A DNA stretch of 64,000 nt from a virus, in the IMG/VR virus record IMGVR_UViG_3300050120_000210, positions 32,001 through 96,000 of that record; one strand, written 5' to 3'. This document shows, piece by piece, positions 28,250 through 37,668 of this stretch (positions within the stretch are counted from its first letter, which is position 1; each line of letters starts with the position of its first letter). Below the pieces are notes generated by a model. It was not told the origin of the DNA and ran no database searches. It saw nothing but the letters and a program-made list of their open reading frames with translations. The position numbers and the translations under genes were made by a program.

Positions 28250-28559
28250 CGATCACATTCTGGTCGAAGTCACGATCAAGCGGCGGCAACATGCAAAGCT
28301 TTTTCGGTGGCTGGACAAGAACACACCCGGATGGTCATTGGGGCTACGTCCCGAGCGTGTGGACTATTACTACGAAATCGTCGAAGAATACGACTTCGAC
28401 GAACCCGAGCAGTTGATCGAATACCTGCGCGGCTCTCACAAGCGCGGCCTGATGAACAGCATGAAGACAGATCGACCCTTGATCTGGCTGACACCGGAGC
28501 AAGGCGTCGTCATGAAGCTGTTCTGGGAAGGCGATTGCCAGCTTTACAAGTCGCCCTAG
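28242..28559 (+). CDS. Small protein, divergent FK..F family member
   Basis: WLDKN..GW core; ends EQGVVMKLFWEG. Confidence 0.6.
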   Translation: MSDDHILVEVTIKRRQHAKLFRWLDKNTPGWSLGLRPERVDYYYEIVEEYDFDEPEQLIEYLRGSHKRGLMNSMKTDRPLIWLTPEQGVVMKLFWEGDCQLYKSP

Positions 28560-28909
28560 GCGAGCATTTTCGCGAAAATCAATGCCTGTTCGAAGGCTTC
28601 GCGGTCGCCGGTGAACTCGATGTTCTGGACGACGGTCATGCTTTGTCGGCTGTTCGGAGAGGCCATCACGAAGCGTGTGCGATTCGCATTCAGAACCAAA
28701 TGGGTGGGGTAGCCTTTGGGCAGATCAAAGCTGATCCGCCAGTTCTCTGACCAGATGAGACCGGCCGGAAGTCGATGTTCGAAAGGATCGGCGACGATGC
28801 ACATGACGCGCACGCCGCCGATGTTTTCCATGAACCCGCCGCGCGCCATCTGGTCCCCGGCTGACACGAGGTTCAGCATAAGAACCAGATCGGCGGACGA
28901 CGGGTTCAT
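28556..28909 (-). CDS. 'GD..F..D..L.RM' C-terminal family protein
   Basis: Ends FTGDREAFEQALIFAKMLA. Confidence 0.6.
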   Translation of the reverse strand: MNPSSADLVLMLNLVSAGDQMARGGFMENIGGVRVMCIVADPFEHRLPAGLIWSENWRISFDLPKGYPTHLVLNANRTRFVMASPNSRQSMTVVQNIEFTGDREAFEQALIFAKMLA

Positions 28910-28911
28910 TT

Positions 28912-29622
28912 TTAGGCCGCCGGATCGTCGGCGAGATCGGCCTTATACTTCGCGAACATGCTGTGCGAAATTTTCTGGAAGAGCGCACCCAGCCGACGAT
29001 AGAGACGCGTAATCGGATCGTTGATGAGCGTCCACACGCCTGAGAACGGCCAGTAGGACATCCAGAAAATGATCCGACCTTTGTTCTTGTCGGCCGAAGG
29101 CGGGAAGTCCCGCAGTTCGAAGCTCTGGTTGGAGGCATAATGTTGGAACAGTGCCTTGTCGAATCCAGCGGGCTTCACATTCAGGCGGGCAACCTCGGCC
29201 TTGTAGCTTTCCTCGTTGGCCTCGGTGCGTGCGGTCGAACCGCGACCCAGAGGATACTTGTCGCTCGCGGCGCGAGTGGCCACCGTCAAGCGGAAAGCAT
29301 CGGCGCGTTCTTCGAATTCGGCGCGCATCTTTTCGTATTTGTCACGGGCGCGGAGGACGTAGAAGAACCACTTCACGAAGCCCCAGACGATGCCGATCAG
29401 CACGTAGGCGCCAATGTCGATGGCCAGATCAACGGGGTGGGAGATCACCCACGGAAGCAGGCGTTTGTCGCCAAAGGCCACGAAGACGCCAATGGTGATG
29501 AGCACGGTCATCAGGGCGCCGACTGCCTTCTCATTCTCGATGAGGTAGAGCAGGAAAAGCGAAGGGAAGAGCAGCGCGCACCAGAACCACGGCGTGCCGA
29601 AGAGGAGAAAGGCAAAAATCAT
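28912..29622 (-). CDS. Membrane protein
   Basis: Several TM helices plus soluble insert. Confidence 0.7.
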   Translation of the reverse strand: MIFAFLLFGTPWFWCALLFPSLFLLYLIENEKAVGALMTVLITIGVFVAFGDKRLLPWVISHPVDLAIDIGAYVLIGIVWGFVKWFFYVLRARDKYEKMRAEFEERADAFRLTVATRAASDKYPLGRGSTARTEANEESYKAEVARLNVKPAGFDKALFQHYASNQSFELRDFPPSADKNKGRIIFWMSYWPFSGVWTLINDPITRLYRRLGALFQKISHSMFAKYKADLADDPAA

Positions 29623-29682
29623 GGGTGTCCCCCGTTGAATTTAACCAAGCCTAACGCGGCTTTTGGGGATTTGCAAGATGGT

Positions 29683-30687
29683 TTACGAAATGACGAAACC
29701 CTCGTTGGACGCGTTCAATATTCGCTGACCAAGCCAGTGAACGTCCTTAACGTTCAGCGAATTACCGATAGCTTTGTAACGGACGGTGTCCGAAGCCATT
29801 CCTCGGCCGAACGGCACGAGTGTGTGATTGTCGGGCATTCCCATAAGCCGCTCGCACTCCAACGGCGATAGCTGACGGACATGCGGTGAGACTCCGTCGT
29901 CGATCAATGCAAAAGCCTTGTCAGAGCCCCCAGTAGAGGCGCGGAGGCAATTGGCCACCTCGTCACCGATCTCAAGCTCTTCGCCGTCTACGCGCCCTCT
30001 GAAGGCTACTGTGAACGCGCGCGATCCAGAGCGAGCTTCAAGAGCAGCGGCAAGTGCTTTCCGCGAGCGATCAGGTGTTGGTAGAGCTTCTGTGCCCGAC
30101 CTTTCTTCAAAAAGTATCCTCCGTGGATCGGCCCCGTCTCTAGGACAGGCCACAAGGAAGACGCGCTCGCGTCGTTGCGGAACTCCTGAGTGTTTGGCGT
30201 CAAGGAGCCGCCAAGCGATGTTTCGACGGGGTCCAGACACACAACCAGCGTGCGTCCATCCTTCCCCTGCTGGGACCAGCGGAGTGTCTTCTCCGGCCAA
30301 CGCTGCAAGTAGGCATCCAAAGGCATTGTTTTTGTCACTCAAAATTCCCTTCACGTTCTCGAAGCAGACGAACGGAGGGTTGATGTCGTCAGCCAAATTA
30401 CAGAAGCTCAGTGTCAGGGCGCCACGGGGATCGGCCGCGCCAGCGCGCCTACCGGCCAGAGAGAACGCCTGACAGGGAGTCGATCCCCACAGGATATCCA
30501 CCTTGTCGGCCCATTCTTTCCCGTCGATCTTGGTCAAGTCCCCAAGGTCCGGCACATGCGGCCAACGATAGGCTAGAACAGCCTTGGGGAACGGTTCGAT
30601 CTCGGAGAAAGCCACAGGCGTGAAGCCAAGCGGCTCCCACGCCAGAGAGACCGCATCAACGCCGCTGCATACGGTGAGGTAGCGCAT
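29683..30687 (-). CDS. C5-cytosine DNA methyltransferase (alpha chain)
   Basis: CSG motif I, GSTPCQAFS, ENV, PQRRERVF, ECERLMG.P, YKAIGNS. Confidence 0.93.
   Translation of the reverse strand: MRYLTVCSGVDAVSLAWEPLGFTPVAFSEIEPFPKAVLAYRWPHVPDLGDLTKIDGKEWADKVDILWGSTPCQAFSLAGRRAGAADPRGALTLSFCNLADDINPPFVCFENVKGILSDKNNAFGCLLAALAGEDTPLVPAGEGWTHAGCVSGPRRNIAWRLLDAKHSGVPQRRERVFLVACPRDGADPRRILFEERSGTEALPTPDRSRKALAAALEARSGSRAFTVAFRGRVDGEELEIGDEVANCLRASTGGSDKAFALIDDGVSPHVRQLSPLECERLMGMPDNHTLVPFGRGMASDTVRYKAIGNSLNVKDVHWLGQRILNASNEGFVIS
30006..30338 (-). CDS. Nested out-of-frame methyltransferase beta chain (M.EcoHK31I beta-like)
   Basis: Same-strand alternative frame inside the MTase; T.NT.EF.NDA.ASSL..VLETG...YFL...RGK.LP.LL..AL resembles known beta polypeptides. 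Confidence 0.7.
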   Translation of the reverse strand: MTKTMPLDAYLQRWPEKTLRWSQQGKDGRTLVVCLDPVETSLGGSLTPNTQEFRNDASASSLWPVLETGPIHGGYFLKKGRAQKLYQHLIARGKHLPLLLKLALDRARSQ

Positions 30688-30688
30688 C

Positions 30689-31369
30689 TTAGGACAGACT
30701 TTTCCCTTGCTTATGTTTGCGCTCTTTTGGGAGTTGATCCAAAAGGTCGTTGACCAATGTCTGGCGATACCGAATAGCGTCGTTCATCGCTGCACTGGCG
30801 TCCGTATCCAGATAGTATCTCGTGACGCGCAGGAGCATTTCTTGCTGATGCAAAAGATAGTTGTCCAATTTGCTTTGATCCGCGATATCATCATCGGGCA
30901 GAAGTTGGATGACGTTGCACGTAGGAATTTCCACCACGCGCTTTGCAGGCTTAGGACGATAGGCGGCCATAATTGGATGTCCGTCATCCATATATTGTCG
31001 GGTAACTTGTTCTTCGATCCGACTGAGTTCGTCTTTGTTGCTGCCCGGCGATGGGTAAATCATCGCATATGCGATTTCGGCTGGGTCAATTTTCTGCTTC
31101 GCCATCGGGTCGGATCGTCCACAAGTGAGGTGACGTTGAATACGCCCACCCATTCCCTGCGTAGATTCGATACATTGGCCAACGTAGAAAACGCGCCGAG
31201 TTGCATCGGCGAGAGCATAAACCCCGGCCTTCTTAATATCGGGATGATGAAGGGCCGTGAGTTTGAAATTTTGCTTATTGGCGAAGTCCCGCTTCAAGTC
31301 ACCAACGGGCATCGGGGCTTCTAAAGAGACTTTATTTTCAGTCTCCGCCGAATCTGTAATCTTGACCAA
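30689..31369 (-). CDS. GIY-YIG endonuclease
   Basis: GVYAL...FYVGQ...RIQRH...E; more AT-rich than flanks. Confidence 0.75.
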   Translation of the reverse strand: MVKITDSAETENKVSLEAPMPVGDLKRDFANKQNFKLTALHHPDIKKAGVYALADATRRVFYVGQCIESTQGMGGRIQRHLTCGRSDPMAKQKIDPAEIAYAMIYPSPGSNKDELSRIEEQVTRQYMDDGHPIMAAYRPKPAKRVVEIPTCNVIQLLPDDDIADQSKLDNYLLHQQEMLLRVTRYYLDTDASAAMNDAIRYRQTLVNDLLDQLPKERKHKQGKSLS

Positions 31370-31434
31370 TCTAATACGCTCATCGAAAGATAATGAGCCA
31401 TTAGTAACAGTTCATATTTTCGTTTACCATATTT

Positions 31435-31794
31435 TCAGGAGATGTGGTCTTCATCGTCCCAATCGCAGGCGCTCATCATCAGGATCGTCATGTCCCGCAT
31501 GAATTCCCGGTCGCCGGTGAGGGATGGGGTGAACATCTCGAACTGATTGGCGAAGGCCGTGAAGATGTTCTCTGGGTCGGACTCTTCGACCGGTTCACGT
31601 AGATTGAAACCCAACGTCCAGCCCTGCCCAACGAGCATATACCGCTCGAACCCGGCCCAATGGCTGTTGACATACAGATAGAGATGAACGCCGCCCAGCA
31701 CGAGCATTTCGCGGCTATGTGGCGATGTCCGCGAGAACAGCGTCTCGCAAACCTTGAGAACGAACTCGGGCGTGGTTTCGGCAAAGGCGATCAC
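31435..31794 (-). CDS. 'D..LLRM' C-terminal family protein
   Basis: Ends GDREFMRDMTILMMS. Confidence 0.65.
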   Translation of the reverse strand: MIAFAETTPEFVLKVCETLFSRTSPHSREMLVLGGVHLYLYVNSHWAGFERYMLVGQGWTLGFNLREPVEESDPENIFTAFANQFEMFTPSLTGDREFMRDMTILMMSACDWDDEDHIS

Positions 31795-31910
31795 AGCGGC
31801 ATCCGCCGTTGTTTCGTCATTCTTGCGGCCCCGACTTCATTCGATGTTCGAACGCCTAGCACAGTGCTACCACACAAAAACTGATCTATGTTAGTCATAT
31901 GCTTTGGGTG

Positions 31911-32294
31911 TTATCTGCCAGCAAAAATATGTTCGATTCCAAACATACGGAGAAGCGTCAGGTCTCTATCGATGGCTTCTCGATTTGCCACTTCAATTCC
32001 AACCAACGGCCGCGACACGCCTTCCCACCAAACATTCATGAGTGCAGGCGGAACGCGGCCCCCAGTCGGCATCACTTTCTGCCCTTTGTGCAAAGCAATG
32101 ACGACCTCCCAATCTCGCCCACTTACTTTGAACTTGTCCACATCGAAATTGCCAGTGAACCAAACTTTTTCGTAGGTAAGTTGAATCCCGGCCAGCGCAT
32201 ATTTTTTGCGCGCTTCTATGCTCTTCGTCGAATTGTCTTTTACGAACTCGACGAGATTGAGGAAAAGTTTGTGGTCCTTCTTCCGGTCGATCAT
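31911..32294 (-). CDS. 'D..LLRM' C-terminal family protein
   Basis: Ends EAIDRDLTLLRMFG. Confidence 0.7.
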   Translation of the reverse strand: MIDRKKDHKLFLNLVEFVKDNSTKSIEARKKYALAGIQLTYEKVWFTGNFDVDKFKVSGRDWEVVIALHKGQKVMPTGGRVPPALMNVWWEGVSRPLVGIEVANREAIDRDLTLLRMFGIEHIFAGR

Positions 32295-32587
32295 TTTTCG
32301 ACCGCCATACGAACGTAGATCAGGTCTCGGTGGCAAGCATCTACGTCCCCGATGATCTCAAAGGAGGCGAGGCCAGACCTGTCACCGATGGTCTCGAACT
32401 CGACTGCCCAATTCGAATTGGGACACACGAGCATGAACAGGTCCGGCTTCTCCGTGGCGGCGATATCGAACCGCATTCCACAGAACTCGGCCGAGCGACG
32501 GCGGGATGGCTGCGTGGTTCCTGTTTCACGAACAAACCTCGTGATCTGTCTGGCCAGATCGGCAAACTCTTCTGACAATGCGGCCAT
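32291..32587 (-). CDS. 'D..LLRM' C-terminal family protein
   Basis: Ends GDVDACHRDLIYVRMA. Confidence 0.7.
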   Translation of the reverse strand: MAALSEEFADLARQITRFVRETGTTQPSRRRSAEFCGMRFDIAATEKPDLFMLVCPNSNWAVEFETIGDRSGLASFEIIGDVDACHRDLIYVRMAVEK

Positions 32588-33075
32588 TATTGGACCTCCC
32601 ACAGCGGGATCATCAGACGCAAAATCGCCATTTCCCGACGATAGCTATCCTCGTAAGTCTCATAGCCACCACTACCGCGCACCTTGAATCCAAAGATAAA
32701 GCGAGATCGATTTCCGCCACAGAGATAGGCCCACTCCACCTCATCGAACGCTCGGTCATAATAGTGGCCCTGACCTCGCTGCGTGTTCCCCGGAGGAAAA
32801 TTGCTTCCGACGAATTGCAGATACCAACCATCGCCATGAAGTCGATAGCTGAGCGTGTAGCCGTTCTCCATGTAATCTCGTTTCACCTCGAAACGAAGTT
32901 TGATGCCCATGAGATTACTCTCGAAGGCACGCGAATAGCCGCCCATCGTATAGACGTAGGGTCCTTCAACTTCCTCACCGGAGAGACACACCGCATTGCA
33001 GATCATCGCGATCTGTTTGATGGAGGGTCCTTCGAGAACCGGATCGCCCGCGCCTTCGAGATGGGTTCTGCTCAT
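32587..33075 (-). CDS. 'D..LLRM' C-terminal family protein
   Basis: Start MSRTHL; ends DSYRREMAILRLM. Confidence 0.65.
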   Translation of the reverse strand: MSRTHLEGAGDPVLEGPSIKQIAMICNAVCLSGEEVEGPYVYTMGGYSRAFESNLMGIKLRFEVKRDYMENGYTLSYRLHGDGWYLQFVGSNFPPGNTQRGQGHYYDRAFDEVEWAYLCGGNRSRFIFGFKVRGSGGYETYEDSYRREMAILRLMIPLWEVQ

Positions 33076-33476
33076 CGCTGCCACTCCGATTCGAACATCC
33101 GAAGGAGTGACGAGTCGTGAACGTAGGCATCGTAATCGCCTTCGATTCGATCTATCTGCAAGCGCCCTTCGACGGGACTGGCAACGACTTTTCGGCCACC
33201 ACCAAAACCAAAATCGCGCGTCCCTCTGCACAGGATGCCAACCCGATCTAGGTCTTGATGGATGTCTACGAGATGGAAATTGATCGACCAGCGCAATGTG
33301 CAATCAGGTATGATGCCCTCACGCCGCCTGATCGCAAATCCTTTCCGCCCAGACGATCTCCAAGTTTCGTTGAAAAACTCCATGCCTCCGATCACCGCCA
33401 TAGGTATGTCGGTGTGCAGACCGTCTCCGGTCTTGAAAATGAAGTTGTAGAGGGAGGCGATTTCATGGGGTTCCAT
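33072..33476 (-). CDS. 'D..LLRM' C-terminal family protein
   Basis: Start MEPHEI; ends GDYDAYVHDSSLLRMFESEW. Confidence 0.7.
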   Translation of the reverse strand: MEPHEIASLYNFIFKTGDGLHTDIPMAVIGGMEFFNETWRSSGRKGFAIRRREGIIPDCTLRWSINFHLVDIHQDLDRVGILCRGTRDFGFGGGRKVVASPVEGRLQIDRIEGDYDAYVHDSSLLRMFESEWQR

Positions 33477-33912
33477 ATTCGGCCCATTCGCCAGAGAACA
33501 TACGGAGCAGCACCCAGTCGCGCTCGAAGCGTTGTTGGGTGGTATAGATTTCAAGAACCGGGTTCCACATCATCGCATCGTGGATCACCGTCGCGGGTGG
33601 CAATTTTTCACGAGTTCCTCGGCCGCTCGGTCCCACAACGTATTTCACCAGACCGTAATGAAGCGTGGGGACTTTCACCTTTACCCCACCGGAGCTTTGC
33701 CCACGGACATTCACCGTGGCTCCGATCCGCCAATTCGGGCACGAGAGCGCGATCTGCGTTCCCTTCTCGCGGAACACCAGATTGATCCCGAACATGTTGC
33801 GTGAGCAGATCATGAAGTTGCGCTTGCCGCGCCGCCACACGTTATCGACCGCCACTCCACACATGAGCGCGCCGATTTCTTTTTCATCCAAGAGGAACGG
33901 TAAATCAGCCAT
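33463..33912 (-). CDS. 'D..LLRM' C-terminal family protein
   Basis: Start MADLPF; ends RFERDWVLLRMFSGEW. Confidence 0.7.
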   Translation of the reverse strand: MADLPFLLDEKEIGALMCGVAVDNVWRRGKRNFMICSRNMFGINLVFREKGTQIALSCPNWRIGATVNVRGQSSGGVKVKVPTLHYGLVKYVVGPSGRGTREKLPPATVIHDAMMWNPVLEIYTTQQRFERDWVLLRMFSGEWAEYGTP

Positions 33913-34222
33913 CGAAAAACATCTTGAATAGGACGGCATCTTCGCCCCGGTCGAATTCGAAAATGAACGGCACACCCGTCAGTCGAATCGCCTGCACGAG
34001 CGGGGTGTTCTTGAATTTTTCATGAGCCTCCATACCGGCCGCGATACCTTGCTCGGTCGCATCGCGCGCATACCACCGCCAACCGCGCGCGGCATTTTCG
34101 GCCAGCCACGCTTCGATGCGCTTGAACTCCGCGTCAATCTCGACCGGCGTACCATCTACCGCACAGATCGCGAGATATTGCAGATGTGCGCGGGGCTCGT
34201 GGATACCAAGAAAACGGATCAT
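33905..34222 (-). CDS. FK..F C-terminal family protein
   Basis: Start MIRFLG; WLAEN..RGW core; ends FEFDRGEDAVLFKMFFDG. Confidence 0.7.
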   Translation of the reverse strand: MIRFLGIHEPRAHLQYLAICAVDGTPVEIDAEFKRIEAWLAENAARGWRWYARDATEQGIAAGMEAHEKFKNTPLVQAIRLTGVPFIFEFDRGEDAVLFKMFFDG

Positions 34223-34623
34223 AGCCACTCCGAATCGAACATGCGGAGCAGGGTCATTTCCTTCTGGAACTTGTCCGGGCTGATGATGCACAGCGTGTGC
34301 ACGCACAGGCGCTTGTTGAACTCGGCCGGATCGATGAACCGGTTCCACGGCGCCAGAAACAACCAGACCATTTCCGAAGCCACGTCGTCGGCCATGTTGC
34401 GCGGACGCTGTCGGGTCACTTGGAACGACAGCATCCAGCCGTTGCCGGTAAGCGAGAGAATGGAGAGACCCTTCTCGTGGAACGTTTGCCGCACGCGCAA
34501 CGTCACGCCTGCGATATTGCCCTCGGTGATGAAAAGAAGCCCATGCTTCGTCCACTGGGCATCACGGGTCACAGCGTTGATGACGCCGATAACTTCCGAC
34601 AGTTTTGCACCATGCAGGTTCAT
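34219..34623 (-). CDS. 'D..LLRM' C-terminal family protein
   Basis: Ends KFQKEMTLLRMFDSEW. Confidence 0.7.
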   Translation of the reverse strand: MNLHGAKLSEVIGVINAVTRDAQWTKHGLLFITEGNIAGVTLRVRQTFHEKGLSILSLTGNGWMLSFQVTRQRPRNMADDVASEMVWLFLAPWNRFIDPAEFNKRLCVHTLCIISPDKFQKEMTLLRMFDSEWL

Positions 34624-35126
34624 CAGGCTTCTCCCTGCACACGCATTTCAAGTTCGATGCCAGTTATGCCTTCGGCGACCAGCTTTTCGCGCAAGGCGAT
34701 CTGGCGTTGAAATTTCTCATAGCCGAAGCGGCGCGGGGTGACCGGAAGCTCGTTTCCGTAGATCGAAAACGGTTCGTTGTCACCGACGATGATCGTCTTT
34801 TTGGTCTCCAACAATGCGTGGAAACCTTCGCCCAAATGCTTATCGATCTCGGTCGCAAAATCTTTGAAGATCGATTGCTTGAAGCGAACTCCCGAACAGA
34901 TCAGACCGGAAATCAATTCCCGCTGCCCGTGTTCCCGCCGCATGACGACTCGCATTTCGGCCCCGTGATACTGGGTGCCATACATGCCCGACCAGACGGA
35001 CGAACCCGGCACCCAGAGCAGCAGCAAATCTTGAGTCCTCGCGAGTACACGGACGCGCGGGGCGTAGTTGCAGCCGTTCACGGCGCCCTTGATGATCTCT
35101 TGATCGACTGTGCGAAAATTGCTCAT
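34623..35126 (-). CDS. Hypothetical protein
   Basis: Coupled ORF. Confidence 0.65.
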   Translation of the reverse strand: MSNFRTVDQEIIKGAVNGCNYAPRVRVLARTQDLLLLWVPGSSVWSGMYGTQYHGAEMRVVMRREHGQRELISGLICSGVRFKQSIFKDFATEIDKHLGEGFHALLETKKTIIVGDNEPFSIYGNELPVTPRRFGYEKFQRQIALREKLVAEGITGIELEMRVQGEA

Positions 35127-35500
35127 CAGAACTTCATGTCTCTGAGACGGTGAACCTCGACCTTGCCCGGCGTGAGAACGTAGAAGCCAAACTCATCGAG
35201 AGAGAACACCAGCTTTCCAGCGGTCATCGCATCGGCGATGATCTTCGCACTTTCGCTGCACCATGAGCCGTAAATGGGGGCCATGGTGCTGTAGATGCCC
35301 TCGCGATATTGCGAGTTGAAGACCTTCACGTTGCCGAGCTTCGAGCACTTCAGGAAGCCCCTGAAGGTCGGGTTGGATACGGCGTTCTGAACATAGCCCT
35401 CGGCCAGTTCACAACCGCTCTTGAGAAGTGTGGCGTTCAGGGCATCAATGTCCCCGAACACCACGCCTTCGCTTTGCTTGACCGATAGAAAGTCCCGCAT
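35126..35500 (-). CDS. Hypothetical protein
   Basis: Start MRDFLS directly after upstream stop. Confidence 0.6.
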   Translation of the reverse strand: MRDFLSVKQSEGVVFGDIDALNATLLKSGCELAEGYVQNAVSNPTFRGFLKCSKLGNVKVFNSQYREGIYSTMAPIYGSWCSESAKIIADAMTAGKLVFSLDEFGFYVLTPGKVEVHRLRDMKF

Positions 35501-35501
35501 A

Positions 35502-36848
35502 TCAGGCCGCCATCGCCTTAGCGCCCCACGGCAGGCCGTAGTTGCCCGCACAGGTCTTACCGTAGCCCACCGCCGTCGAACGGGCGTCGTCGAGGCCACG
35601 GTTGCAGAAGCAGCATTGGCCGGTCAGCTTGCCGTAGGCAGCCGCCGTGCCAGCCGGGTCCTTGGACAGATTGGAGAGCAGGGCGACCAGCGAAGTCATC
35701 GTGCCGCCTTGCACGGCGTTGGACTTCGTCCACTCGCCCTGCGGGGTCACCCGGCCGAACCAGATGTTGTTGTCGAAGGAACCACCATCGGTGATGTTGA
35801 CCGCGCCCTTGTGGGCCGAGCGGTCACCGGCGACCGACAGGACGATGGGTTGGCCGTCCGGCAGGGCCAGACGAATCTTCGGCCACTTCAGGTTCTTGGC
35901 GCCCAGCGTCATCAGTTCGATGACACCCTTGAAGTCGCCCACGTCCAAGGTCTTCGGACCTTGGTTGGCGCGGGCCTTGTTGTTGAAGTAGACGCCGACG
36001 ATGGACGCGCACAGTCCGGCCGAGCGGGGCTCCATCATGGTCGCATCGGCGATCACCGTGATGTTGTGCTCGTAGTCGGACAGTTCGGTCTTCTCGCGCA
36101 GGCTCGACGCCCAGTTCAGGGCTTCGGCGGCGAGTTGACGTTCGGCATCGCCGAACGGATGGGCGACCGGGTCCATGGTGAAGTAGGACCACGCATGTTC
36201 ACGAGACGCCGTCAGGTTGGGGTTCTCGTAGGCGGCCTTGCCCGACACCCAGCCATGACGAAGAACGGCGCGGGCGGCACACACCGCGAACTCTTCAACG
36301 GCGATCCAGCGCATGTCCTGCGGAGTGATCGAGCCCAGTTGGTAAGCGCCACGACCGCACTCATAGGCATAGCCCAGCAGTTCGGCGAGTTTGGCGATCT
36401 TCATGGGATCGTGGCCGAAGAAATCCTTCAGACAGGTCGAACCGACTTGCTTGAACTCTCCGGTCTCGTCATTCCGCACCACGAAGGTGTCGCGACGAAA
36501 GCGGTTCACGTTGCAGTGGTCACAGCGGGTGTTGACGGCGGTGCGGTAGGCGTCCGGCAGGGAGCCCGCGTTCGGGACCATACGGATGATTGTGCCGGTG
36601 TCGTTCGAGTGGTCGAGGCGGGCGACGAAGGTCCAGCCGTTGAGCTTCGGCACTTCGGCGGTCAGCATCACCGAGTAGACGCGATGCGTCTTGCCATCGG
36701 CGAGTTCTTTTTCTTCGTGGCTGAACGTGAAGGGACGGATTTCCGAGCCGATCAGCTTGACCGACTTCTTGGAGAGCTTGGCGATCTGCGCTTCGAACTT
36801 GGCCATGTTCTCGGCCGGGATTTCGAAGAGGGTGCGAAGGTCTTCCAT
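35502..36848 (-). CDS. Zinc-finger protein with C-terminal DUF6011-like domain
   Basis: CDHC...R.R...QVGSTC; YGKLTGQCCFCNRGLDD..S...GYG..CA; TTGACG promoter-like element near 36890-36912. Confidence 0.75.
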   Translation of the reverse strand: MEDLRTLFEIPAENMAKFEAQIAKLSKKSVKLIGSEIRPFTFSHEEKELADGKTHRVYSVMLTAEVPKLNGWTFVARLDHSNDTGTIIRMVPNAGSLPDAYRTAVNTRCDHCNVNRFRRDTFVVRNDETGEFKQVGSTCLKDFFGHDPMKIAKLAELLGYAYECGRGAYQLGSITPQDMRWIAVEEFAVCAARAVLRHGWVSGKAAYENPNLTASREHAWSYFTMDPVAHPFGDAERQLAAEALNWASSLREKTELSDYEHNITVIADATMMEPRSAGLCASIVGVYFNNKARANQGPKTLDVGDFKGVIELMTLGAKNLKWPKIRLALPDGQPIVLSVAGDRSAHKGAVNITDGGSFDNNIWFGRVTPQGEWTKSNAVQGGTMTSLVALLSNLSKDPAGTAAAYGKLTGQCCFCNRGLDDARSTAVGYGKTCAGNYGLPWGAKAMAA

Positions 36849-36925
36849 GTGATGAATCTCCGTGCCGTTTTTGCTTATGACACGAATCTACCACCGAACC
36901 GAAGTCCGTCAACAATATTGCGACC

Positions 36926-37240
36926 CTAACCCTCGAAGTGGAGTTTGAACAAAAGTAGGTCCGAAAATGAAGCGAACTCCATAGTGGTTATGTAGTGACC
37001 CAGTATCATTTCACCCTTGGGTTCTATCTTGATGTAGTGTTCTTTACACCATGCCACGATCTCGGGGCTGAACGTATGCGTAGTGAACACGCTGGGACCA
37101 ATTTGTTGACGATTCGTCGTCATCCAACCTTCTTTTGGAAAAATAGCATTTTTTTCTAGCAACACGGGGGCAAGATCAGCCATGGCCTTGTCCCAATCTC
37201 TTCTCCACTTCTTGGATGCCGTGGGAATATCGTCGTCCAT
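36926..37240 (-). CDS. FK..F C-terminal family protein
   Basis: WCKEH core; ends EFASFSDLLLFKLHFEG. Confidence 0.7.
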   Translation of the reverse strand: MDDDIPTASKKWRRDWDKAMADLAPVLLEKNAIFPKEGWMTTNRQQIGPSVFTTHTFSPEIVAWCKEHYIKIEPKGEMILGHYITTMEFASFSDLLLFKLHFEG

Positions 37241-37479
37241 CATCCGAACCGCAACTTGAAATGGATGGCGTCTCGCTCATCGGCGAAGCAGAACTCCATG
37301 CGTCTCTGGACGCTGTCCATAGCCCAATCGCCCAACGAACATTCTTTCTCGATGAACTCGACCATGCCCCGATCTTCGCCCATGGCGATGTGAACTGCCT
37401 CGATATCCGTGCGAATGACAAACGGAAGCGGCGGCCTTCGCCACCGTTGTTGAGCAGAGACTTGTTTACCCGGCCTCAT
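37240..37479 (-). CDS. FK..F C-terminal family protein
   Basis: Ends FCFADERDAIHFKLRFG. Confidence 0.7.
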   Translation of the reverse strand: MRPGKQVSAQQRWRRPPLPFVIRTDIEAVHIAMGEDRGMVEFIEKECSLGDWAMDSVQRRMEFCFADERDAIHFKLRFG

Positions 37480-37666
37480 AGATCAACTCATCGAAGAAGA
37501 TTTTGAAGGTGGCAGCCCGTGACTTCGTCGGGATGTGAAAAATCACGCCCCCGGCGACTTCATGATCGAAGGTGGATTTGGCGCCGCACACGTCATAAAC
37601 TCCGGCCATCTGTCGCATTTGCTCTATCTGAGCATCATCGACCGGTTTGGCCTTGAAGACATACAC
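37466..37666 (-). CDS. FK..F C-terminal family protein
   Basis: Ends KSRAATFKIFFD. Confidence 0.6.
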   Translation of the reverse strand: MYVFKAKPVDDAQIEQMRQMAGVYDVCGAKSTFDHEVAGGVIFHIPTKSRAATFKIFFDELIYEAG

Positions 37667-37668
37667 GA

